Positions 24,866 through 35,336 of a stretch of DNA of 64,000 nt are shown piece after piece. The translations under genes were made by a program, and so were the position numbers. Below the pieces are notes generated by a model, which did not search any database, was not told the origin of the DNA, and saw nothing but the letters and a program-made list of their open reading frames with translations. Origin of the DNA: Marsupella aquatica (taxonomy: Eukaryota; Plantae; Marchantiophyta). Each line of letters starts with the position of its first letter. Within the stretch, counting starts at the first letter, position 1. The DNA lies in NCBI GenBank assembly GCA_973895155.1, contig OZ316897.1, positions 17,094,058-17,158,057 on the forward strand, given 5' to 3'.

Positions 24866-25504
24866 ATGGGTCTTTGGACATCCCTTGCTGAGGTGGAGGA
24901 GAGTAGGGCCAGTGGCTAAAATGTATCTTTTGATCCATGCCTAGCCTGGGTAGTGAATTTTGAAGCTGAGAATCCATATCCACAAAAATTTGTGTATGCA
25001 TCGTGCCCTGGAAGGCTGAAGAGTGGGGGGACATGCAAGAAGTCCTTTGAGCGCGGTCCAAAGTGTGACCACGATCTGCCACCTAGCATGAGTTATAGAT
25101 TCCATATCCGCATCTGTGATGCTGTCCATGCTGGGTCGGCACCATTGAGTGCCATGATGTGGGAAGTTGCCTCAATATTCATGGGGTGCACTCCCCAAGA
25201 ATTTTCAGGCCAGGGCAAGATTGAACAACTTCAATACCTCCTGGCTCTCACTCAATCATGTCCGAGAGTGAAAGTCTGGCTGTCGGTTGCTGAATATGAA
25301 ATAAAGGTTGAGCATCTATGTTTTATGGATGCTCGTCCCCATGTAGCTCTACAGAGACCCAATCCTGGGCACGGTACTCCAAAGTCTTCTGGTCGTACCC
25401 AACAGAAACCCTCCATGAGCCAAGGGAAAACTCTTGTTAAGCCAGTCAGAGAAGCAATTGACAACCTTGTTAGAGCGCTAAACCTACAGGATTTGGATGA
25501 CTAG
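24866..25504 (+). pseudogene. RPA1 C-terminal (Rep_fac-A_C)-like zinc-ribbon OB-fold ORF inside the transposon
   Basis: YASCPG..CKK..KCDH..YRFHIRICD..AMMWEVASIFMGCTPQEF parallels the RPA70 DBD-C pattern (YxACP..CxKK..C..RY.L...I.D..F...AE.ILG.SAEE). The in-frame ATG at 24866 is separated from the ORF by one TAA at 24917. Confidence 0.65.
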
Positions 25505-25760
25505 GATGTGTGGTGCAATTCCCACATTATTACCACGTCGTGCACCATCAGTTTTTCTATAGCAGCCCACATTGCAATTGTCATTCATAGTACCATACGT
25601 ACCCTAGCAGTGTAGGGTTCAGTATTCCGGAATTTTGTACCTCCCAACTGAGTTTTTTCACATGTAATAAATGTTTAGATGCAACGACATGTATGGACTG
25701 TAAATTTTACCTCTATTGTCTGAATTTCTCATGTCCATTTTTTGTGCATGAAGGAGAAAT

Positions 25761-27246
25761 ATGCCTCGAATATCTAATCGCCAAAGAGCAATGCGGCCTG
25801 TGAAAGACATGTTGATGTTAAATATAGTACTGCACAGTTCTAGTGAAGAAGAACCAGATACCGGGAGTGAAAGCGATTGGAGTGATGCTACAACACCCAC
25901 AGACTGTATGTCTGACAAAGATTTTTATTCATCATCTGACTCCGAGGCTACGACAAACATGTATGACCTTCAGGGCAATTCAGATGACCTGCTTGAGTTG
26001 TACAGTGTAATGGAAAACACCAGATATTTTGTTGATAAGACTATCACCATCAAATCTTGGGAGTTTGTCTTGCAGTTTTTTGATAAACTTCCACCGAGAT
26101 TATTCAGGCAGATGACCAGAATGGACAAAGCCTCTTTCTTTCCTTTAGTACACCTAATTGGGGATCATCCAGTTTTTGTCAATGATTCACCATATCAACA
26201 GGCTCCAGTGGAATGGGAGCTAGCTGTTACCTTGGATCGTTTGGGACATGAAGGCAATGGAGCTTGTCTAAATCGTCTCATTCCAACTTGGGGAGTTAGT
26301 ACAGGATCTCTCTGTAATTTCACAACTCGTTGTTTTACTGCCATGGAAACTGCATTGAAGGACCACTTGAGATGGCCTGATCGTACTGAAAGACGAAAGA
26401 TATCAGAGGAGTTTTCAAAGAGAGGCTTCCCAGGGTGTGTGGGCCTTATTGATGGGACTCTCATTCCACTTTCTCAACGGCCAAAGGATTCTGGAGAGTG
26501 CTACTACGATAGAAAGTGTCGATACTCGATAAACACACAAGTTATTTGTGACCACAGAAGGAAAATCCTTTTCCTTTACACTGGTCAGTGTCTTCTTCAT
26601 ATGTCTCTTTACTTTTACACATGAGTACATGGTTTTGCATTGCTGGGATTGACATTATTTCAGTGCTATGATAGGTATGCCTGGTTCTTGTTCAGACCTG
26701 CAATGCTACAAGAAGTCCTCACTGTTTCGCAGACAAAATGATGGCATTCTCTTTGGCCGTGGTCAATACCTTCTTGGAGACAGTGGGTATGCGTCCATGC
26801 CACACCTGGTTTGCTCATACAAAAGGGCAGAATGCAACTCAGACCGTGAAGACTTCAACATGTGTGTGGCCAAGTGCAGGGTAACAAATGAGCATTGCAT
26901 TGGTGTCTTGAAATCACGGTGGTACTCACTCAGAGAAATGCGAGTCCAATTGAAATCAAAAGCAGACAACTTCTTTCTAGTGAGGTGGATTGTAATGTGT
27001 GCACGGTTGCACAACTTTGTCATTAATAGGAACGACCTCTGGACTGATGAGGATGAGGAGATTACAGTTGACAATGTTGACTCAAAAAATGAAGGTGTGG
27101 ATTTCATAGTAGACCCTCGACCTCGACATGGTCGACCCCAACCACAGAGTGTTACCTTACAAAACAACATCATGCAATGGGCATTGCAGTTCCATAAAGA
27201 ACCGGGTGGATGTCTCTATGTCGGGAGTACTCGAAATGTCACTTAA
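25761..27246 (+). CDS. Harbinger/PIF-type DDE transposase (DDE_Tnp_4-like), exons 25761-26583 and 26675-27246, 464 aa
   Basis: Motifs GCVGLIDGTLIP, YYDRKCRYSINTQVICD, YTG|MPGSCSD, YLLGDSGY and RVTNEHCIGVLKSRW, plus the HTH-like LAVTLDRLGH..WGVSTGS. A 91-bp GT-AG intron joins the frames and no stops were seen. Confidence 0.93.
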
Positions 27247-28151
27247 TTATTAGCACCTGCTGTAAAAAGGCTTGAACATGTCTCTGTTGTCATAGGTAAA
27301 GTGTCTCAGGGCACAATGACCCTGCTTAAACTAGGAAGGTCAAGAGAAGGAGTTGGAAGTAAAGAATTCCCGTCGAATTGTAGGTAGCATGCAAGCCAAA
27401 TAATAATGCTAGAGGAATAATTGTGAATGGAGAAGTCCTGTTATTGTAAGTGTGAACCATATTCCATTATATTTATTTTTTACATTCCCTTCATGGCACC
27501 ATGCGCTCAACTCAACGACTGTGAATATGTGGGCACTTATGACTGTGTACATATGTGTTTAAATAAAGTTAGGATATATATTTTCCCAACATGTGCATGT
27601 CTCAGTGAAAAGGACTTGACAAAAATTCCCTCAGAATATGGATGCGTACATGACCAACAAACATGTACCACATAGGTCACATAATGAGGAAAATTATGAT
27701 GCAAACCAAAGAAACCCCAAATGTTGCTTCACCCCTTCATCACTAGATTGTCCCAAAAATAATAATAGTATGAAACTACTCCAAACATCAATAATATGAA
27801 ACTACTACAAACTTCCATATCCCTGTCTTCACCAAACATACATTCCGAAGTGCCAAATTTCTCGAATGCCGGAATTTTGTAATTCCGGAATTACAAAATT
27901 TGAAATGGGTACGTAGAACGGAAACATCCGTACTTTGGGAACAACACACATTGTGCATAGCATCCTTCCCGCCTGTTGGATTTGAAGTGTTGGTTGTGAA
28001 GGAGGAATCGCTCGTCATTGATCCTTGTTTTGCCTGGTTTATTTCCGGATTTTGACTTCATGAACCATTGTCGTAGCAGATTTCATTCATCGTATGTTCT
28101 GTGGCACGCATAGTGTACACTTCCTATATCCTGTACCCCTTGGCAGGCGTA

Positions 28152-31100
28152 ATGGAAAGTCCAAAAAATAGCCACGATTTGGTATTGAGAGAAGTTTCCC
28201 CTTGATTCCCTGCCGTGGAGGGTCGTCTTAAACGTATGTAGAGCATGCTGCGCATCATGGGACTGGAAGGATTACTTATGGTTCCCTGGGGTGCCGTAGC
28301 ACCTTTGCTGCTGGCAAAAATCATTGACGGCATTACTACTGACAGGTTTGAGGGTACAGTCAGAGACCAAACTGATGTGTGGACATATGAGTTTGTTGGA
28401 GACGCATTCCGCATCTCAACCGAGGGGAGGGGATGTTCAGGTGCCACCAACATTGCTCTAAGGCGTATTTCTCTGTCCCACCTGGGACCAAGGATGGGTG
28501 GAAGATCAGTGACTGCAACAACGGTGACCTTGACACGTTGCTTCGCTTTCTCATTCCAATTTTCCATCCAATGAGGCCGAGCCGAGTTATGTGTAGCTTG
28601 GCCAACACCATTGTAGCATCGTGGACACAACAGAGGAAAACTAATTGGGGATTAATTTTGGCTGCAGTAATAAGGTTGCAGCTGGCACAGTTAGGCAAAA
28701 ACAATGTTACTTATCTCCAGGTGTATGTAGGACAATTGTATTCTCGGGGGGTTAACTAAGTGTATATTTTGGGGTACCACGTGCGATCTCAGCCTAATAT
28801 AAATAGACCTATTTTATAAAGAAAATATTCTAAAAATATTCTCTATTTTCAATATTAATAATCTATTTTACTTTATAAAAGGTATACATTAGAGAATATT
28901 CCATAAACATGAGTTTATAATACCTTCTTTTGCCTCATATGCTTTTTAAAAATTTAGTTAATTTCTATCAAAAATACCTATTTTGGATCGCACGTGGTTC
29001 CTAAGATTTTTGATAGTCAACCCCCCGAGATTGTATTGGTATGGGTCTTGTCTCCTGCCAGAAGAAAAACAGGAACGACAAAGTATATTTGCAAACCTTG
29101 ACATTACTGGTATATGTGACTCTAATTCGGATTCAGAGGATGACACTCATGGTCATGAGGGGTCGGAAGACGAAACAGGTGATGAACCACATCATGATTT
29201 ATAGGCAGAAGCCAATTCTGACGAAGTCCCCCAGTACACAGATGTTCTGATATAGGAAATGGAAGATGCCATTCCTGACGAAGTCCCCCAGTACACACAT
29301 GTTCCAGTACAGGAGATGGAAGATGCCATTCCTGGCGAAGTTCCCCAGTACATAGATGTTCCAGTACAGGAAATGGAAGATACCATTCCTGGCAAAGTTC
29401 CCTAGTACGTAGATGTTCCAGTACAGGAAATGGAAGATGCCATTCCTGACAAAACAGGTCTAGTGGACTCTCCTATGCAAAGGCCATTCACTGATGCCGA
29501 GAGTTTAAGAGATAGAGTTGCAATATTGGAGGCAGAGAATGACAATTTGAAGCTGTTGGCAGACATGAGCATAAAAAGGAAAAGGCGCCGGCCAAATCCC
29601 AATAATGTCACAGAAACAACTTCTGGTGTACAGTCTGCTTCACAATCGCCAAGTTCAGTAGATGCAGAAGGCAACAAGAAGATCATTAGTGACCTGGTTG
29701 TTATGTTGGGTTGTTGTCCTCAGGAAATAGTGAATGAAGTACAGAAGCTGGTGGATGCAAAATACATGCCACAGTACTTGGAGATGCGGAAGTTGACCAT
29801 AAGAGAACTTAGTCCTATTATTGTGGAGGCAGTGCAAGATAGTGATGTGGCTGAGCAATGCACGGACAATCCTGTCCATGACCTTGGAGGGGCAGAGTTT
29901 CCATCAGTGCATGAGGCAACTGCAGACGCGGAGGCTGTTGCAGAGGTCCAGGTACAGGTAGACACACAACTTTTCCCGGACCAATGCATGGACAATAATG
30001 ATGTCCATGAGGCACGTCCACAATTAACAGCACTACATGACACATGGGCAGAGGTAGAGGTAGACATAATCTCTCACGTTGTTCCACAAGGGAGTCTTCC
30101 CAATGCTACACCAACAAAAGAACATGTTTATGAAGATGATGCTCTACATGAGCATGTCCCCCAGGATGTCCCTGAGCATGTCCTTGACCTTGTGTCTGAG
30201 GATGTCCCTGAGGCTGTAGCTGAAGCTGAGGTGAGTCTTCTCAAAGATGACTCAGAAGGAGAGAAGACGACATTTCTTCATAAGCACATCCCTGACAATT
30301 ACATTTGCACAGAGGGCTGTGAGAATTGTACTGTTCCCATTCATAAAAGCAAATATGGTGGCAACAGTTACTGGATAAGAGATTCGGAGGCTCAGACACA
30401 CATCGTGTCTATCAATTCACCTGCCTCACCCACACCAGCAGAAGAAGTAGCAAGATATGTAGAGGCATGCTCAATTATTCAACAATACCAAAGTCCTATG
30501 CAGGAGTTCTGGCATTATTATTTTGCCAAGAGAAGGGAAGCCTTGTACATATTCAAGTTAGGTGCTTCCGGTCCTAGCCTCATCCAAAAGCATGATTTTT
30601 TGAATATGTGGCACGTTACGGAGTATTTTCGTGAGATATTGTCGATGATGGTAATGTACGGTGATCTCAAAGTGTTTGACAGTGAAATGCTGATTGCTGA
30701 GTGTGGCAATCTACCAGCGTACTGTCTGCTCTTCATGCTGGATTTTCTAGAGCAATCAGAGAGGCCTGAAGGTGGGAATCCAATTACATTCCATCCTAAG
30801 ACACCAGCTATTGCTATTTACAATTACATGAAGACAGAGGATTTGCAAAGAATGTGGGACAACATTTATACTCCTACATTGCTGGAGTACAGGACATATT
30901 ATGACAGACTGATGGTGGACTTTGAACCTTATGTGGATATCATGTCAAGTGAGGAAAGATTTCGGGAGCGATTTCCTACTATGGAGTATGATACCTGCAA
31001 CAATTTAGACTTCCTCACAGTTTACCGTGAAGCTACTAGGGTACACAGACTGTTCATTAACAAGCAACTCCCTTTGCTTGGCTATAAGCAACAGTTTAAT

Positions 31101-31223
31101 TCCCTGCCCTTAACTTTTCATAATGAGGGTAAAAGAGAAGAAATTCTTGAGGCCATTCGTAAAGGGACCGTGAGATTACCAAAAGTGGTTGAGAACGTTA
31201 GGATCATAAAAAGTGCTGAATAG
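28152..31223 (+). pseudogene. Large decayed accessory ORF of the transposon (unknown function)
   Basis: The ATG 28152 frame has stops at 28203 and 28239 and a frameshift near 28460 into YFSVPPGTKDGWKISDC..FLIPIFHPMRP..NWGLIL. After an AT-rich gap, frame 28983-31223 is continuous except for TAG at 29202, 29253 and 29403. The 597-aa tail has a coiled coil, a basic KRKRRRP patch and CxxxCxxC. Whether the two parts are one gene is inferred. Confidence 0.6.
29218..29450 (+). repeat. 57-bp coding tandem repeat x4 (EVPQYxDVPVQEMEDAIPD/G)
   Basis: GAAGT(C/T)CCCCAGTAC..GATGTTCCAGTACAGGAAATGGAAGATGCCATTCCTG with period 57, in frame with the 29430 ORF. Confidence 0.92.
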
Positions 31224-31526
31224 TTGAACACCGAGTACGATTTAGACGTCAATCCATAGTCCATTTTGCTTACCGGAATTCTGAATTTCCGGCATTCCGG
31301 AAGTTTCTCACGATTGGTTTCACAGCAAATAAGATTATATTTTGGTAGTAGTTTGCCAGGTTTGTTTATACAGGTGTGCCGGCATACAATGTCAAAGCAT
31401 AGGAAGGATGCTGAGAGACATTGTTTTGTACACGAATGCAGAGTTTGAAAATAAAAGATGTACATTGTGGAGTACGTACATTACTAAATTCAGATCTGGT
31501 TCTAAAAATATGTAGTATAGTTCAAT

Positions 31527-33161
31527 CTACTCTTTATCTAGAAGCTGAAGAAGATCCTTGATCTCATCGGAAGACTTGTTGGACCCTAACAGAGTGGTCA
31601 ACAATGTAGTTCGCCTATTTGCTTTATCCAGCTTCTCTGCATGTTCTTGCTCTGCTTTGACTTTCTTCAAAGCGTTCTCAGCACAGAAGGCTTCTAAGGC
31701 CAGTTGATGCATCCTGTCCAACAGGTGCTTCACTGAAGCCTCAGCCTGAGCTTGGGTTCTGGCTTCACGTCGCTCAACAATGTCTTGGGTCTTCCACTTG
31801 TCACGACTTATGATCAAATCTTTTCGATAATCAGCTTTGAGGTTGATTCTCTCAGCGTATATTGCTGAAAAGGAAGGCTTGAATTCCTTCTGGGCCTCCT
31901 TTGCCGCTTGCGCGGGAGTCTTGGGCCCCTTCTTCGAGGGGGCTAGGACTGTGGGAGGAATTGGTGAGGCAGTTCATGGTCTTGAAGTAGCACTGTCTGT
32001 GGGGCGGGGCACGTTTTCCCCAGTGTTCATGCCTGTAAACCTGGTACAAACTTGACACAGGCAATTGGTGACATGAGCCCCAATGTTTTCCCTGGCGATG
32101 TCCTCCATTTCCTTCCAGAAGCCATCATCGACTGGGGGTGCTCGTCCTAAAGTTGAAGGTGTAGGAATGTGATGCACTGCTGGTGTTGATGTGTGAACAG
32201 ATTGAGCTGGCGATGGTGCAGGCGTATCTGTGTCACCCCAGGAAGAAGATGAAGATTAATTTATTTGTTAGGCACTTTACAGTGAACACAGAATCCTGAA
32301 TCCGAAAATATAATTAACAAAAAAGGAATGGAAGAGCTTGTACCATCAAGGATTATGGTTGGACTGTGTTGCTGTGCAATATTTGGGCAGGAGTTCTCCC
32401 AATCATCGACAATCTCCACATCCCCAGAGTCATCTTCAGTCATGATAAAGTCAAGATTTTCAACTCCAACATCACCAACAATTGGTGGGTTAACATTGGG
32501 TCTAGCTCCAAAGAGAGCATGCATTCGTTCAAAATGAGGGCAGAGGCGGTTGAATTTGTCCTCCAAGGTCATCCCAGCCAATGACTCTTCCTGTGTCAGC
32601 CCTGCTCCAGTGCCATTGTTCACTTCAAGAGCTTGCTTGTATCTCAATTTGTACCGTTGGAATCGCTTCGTCAGATTTGGTGCAGTGATTTCCTTGGGGA
32701 AACCATGATGAATGAGTGCAGCCAACATGGACTTCATGACAGTGGCCTTAGACTGGTATTTCTGCCCAATCTTTGTTCTCCTACCTGATCCGTGCACTGC
32801 TGGAAAGTTCTCAGGGGTCTCAAGGTATGAGACTATGACATCATAGTCTTCATCCTTCAAGCGAAACTTCTCAGCAGGAACTCGGTACTGTTCGCTGGCA
32901 ACAGTTGCTCGTGGTGGCTGAAAGCTAGGCAGAGCCTTTGCTCCTCCCAAAAACTTCTCTCACAAAACCCTGGCTCCCTGTGCTAGACATTGTGCTGAAA
33001 GAGTGTGAGCCCACAGAAGAAGATGTGGGCTTGTCAAGAATGGACTGCAAGTAATCAGCAACCTTGTGCTCGACCTCGTGACGAAGGGCAGTTCGTGCTC
33101 GAACTAAAATGTCGAAAGCTCTATCACATATATACATAGATTCAGACGAGGCATTGTCCAT
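31527..33161 (-). pseudogene. Myb/SANT-like DNA-binding partner gene of the PHIS element, disrupted
   Basis: Contains YKLRYKQA..TGAGLT..LEDKFNRLCPHFERMHALFGARPNVNP, typical of Harbinger ORF2 proteins. Model: ATG 33161, +1 frameshift in the A5 run 32949-53, phase-1 intron 32343-32228, in-frame TGA 31976-74, then a coiled-coil end at 31527. Confidence 0.75.
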
Positions 33162-33765
33162 GACTTAGCAATTTCTGCTGTGATAGAGGGAGATGTCGAC
33201 GATGCCAAAATTTGAAAGAAGTGCGCGAATCCGCACATTCGGGAAAATTGAAATCTGGCAATCCGGAAATCCAGATTTTGAAGTGCATACGACGAGTACG
33301 TCGTCGGTGATTAAAGTGCAATCGACGCATTATGCGTCAACGGTGCTCCTAAAAATTTACCTCTGCAACTTTGGAATGGAGGACCTGTGCTATCCAACCG
33401 ACATGGCAGCATATGGCTCATTCGGGCAGGGACATTCCGAGCGGGAGGGGAAATGGTGCTGATAATTGAAACGTGACTTAGGCCGTAATGGCTGCCATAC
33501 GGGGCGGGTCAAACCTTACCCCCTCTTTTTTCTAAGTCCCGTCAGAACCTCCCGTGGGCTGTGTTACGGGAGTAGTCCCGTGGCCTTAAATTTTCATTAT
33601 GGCTTGGCTTTGAGACGCCCTAATATATCTTTAGTGGAAGCGTAGCTAAAATTGGGTCCTAAAACAAAAATAATAATTTGTTTGTCCCAAACCTGCACCT
33701 GTGCACCACGAAAAAACATTCTCTCGCCTTGTCTAAAAGTAAATCATACTTAATGTTCCGTGAAC

Positions 33766-33978
33766 CTGGATGGCACTAGGAGAAAAAATAATCTCGCTTG
33801 TCTTATTTCCTAATCAATGTTTCGCGGACCGGGATGGCACTAGGAGCAATAATCTCGCTTGTGTTATTTCCTAAAAAGTGTTTCGCGGACCGGGATGGCA
33901 CTCCTACGGTAACTAGCGTTGGACATGACAGTGTCCTGTGGTCCAGTCAGTGGTCCAGTGGTCCAGTGGTCCAGTCAT
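33766..33978. repeat. Degenerate ~65-bp repeats and an 8-bp GTCCAGTG microsatellite
   Basis: GGATGGCACTAGGAG..AATAATCTCGCTTGT(C/G)TTATTTCCTAA..TGTTTCGCGGACCGGGATGGCACT is repeated, and GTGGTCCA runs at 33939-33975. Confidence 0.8.
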
Positions 33979-35336
33979 GAGTGTCTTGCAAAACTCCCTC
34001 CCAGTCTCCCGTCGATCGAATCAGTTGCCGGAGCAGATTCCGCAGCGTCGGACAGTCCGACACAAAAAAAGGCCGAGGTTCGTCCTCAACTTCAGGAGCA
34101 TTAATAATTTATCTATATAGCGATTCCTCCCCGCATCGAAGCTCCTCCTCTCCCTCTGCTTCCCCTCTACCGAATGATCTTGTCTATGGACATTTCTGTT
34201 CAGTTTCGGCCTTGTTCTTCTGTTTTCCCTTCGTCTGTTTCTCTGCGAGTTTTTTTCGCGTGGAACCTGCGTTTGTGTTCGTAGGTAGAGAGATTTTTCG
34301 AGCCTTGTTCTCGCCTTCGTTGTTGTTCTCGCCTTCTGATTTGGAGGGTGGGTTCTGAGGTGGGGCCTGATGTGCACGGGGTTGTGATCTACTGTGATGA
34401 GCTGCTTCTCTAGAGGGCTGCGTAGACTCTGATGCGCGTAGTACGTTCGAGATTCATTTCCTGCCCTTTTTTTCCTCTGCCGTTCGGTCCGGTGACGCTT
34501 TTGCGAGTTTTGATCTGTGGAAGTGTTTAAAGGCAATTCATTCTCTCCAGTTCTTTTGAGTCGTCGAGTCGTTTGTTGGTTGTCTGTGGCTGAGCGCGGG
34601 CGGGACGCCGATTGACGATACGTGACGACGTTCTTGGAGCAGGTGGAGATACACAGCCGATTTGTGTCGGGTTGGCTGGAGCGCAGCGGGCGGAGAAAAG
34701 TGGAGTGGGCGTCAAAGAGCCGATCGATCCAAGGAGGAGTCGAAGAAGAAGTAGTGGCGGGTTTGATTGAGGATTGCATTGTTGCGCAACTGGTCATGCT
34801 TCAGCAGCAACAGGTGCTGTTGAGATATGCGAACATGCTGAGCTGTTGTGTTGCGTTTCCTTAATGCTCAATTCGGAAGCGTTCAGAGGCAGAGACCCGT
34901 CTCGTCTGTTGTGTCATCATCGAGGAGGACAGCGGCACTCATCGTCGTCTTGTGCCGCTTGGGATTCGGCTCGCGACCGAGTAATTGAGTTTTTGGGCGA
35001 AGCATAATTGCATGTGCGAGGTAAGGAAACAAGCTTGCCCTATGAGCCGCTGATTGTTTTGCTTCACATATTTGGGGACTCGAGCGGAAGAGTGAGGAGG
35101 AGGAAGGACGGGCGCTCAATCCTAGTAGTTTTGGCTCTTGGACTTGCAGAAAGAAAAGGAACGCAGCGCAGCACAACGCAACGCAACAGAATCGAGCAGA
35201 AGAGAATAGAAAGAAAGGCGTTTCATGACAGGTTGAAGAGTGGAGGTCCGTGTGGATCTGTAGTTCTGTCCACTAAGGGGAACGCTTTTTATTCAGCTAA
35301 CCGACCGGGTTTGAATCCGATCGACGTGCCTCGAAC

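Larger units (their letters stand above)
23847..33621 (+). mobile_element. Full-length PIF/Harbinger-superfamily (PHIS, Pangu-like) DNA transposon, 9775 bp
   Basis: TIRs AGGGCGTCTCAAA (13 bp perfect, 25 bp with 3 mismatches). AAT at 23844-46 and 33622-24. Subterminal TCCCGT/ACGGGA repeats at both ends. Internal DDE transposase and a convergent Myb/SANT-like gene. Confidence 0.92.

Noticed and set aside
34021-34797. 258-aa minus-strand ORF upstream of hexokinase
   Set aside because: Low-complexity Arg/Thr-rich translation of a CT-rich leader region; most likely the antisense of the HXK 5' UTR/promoter.
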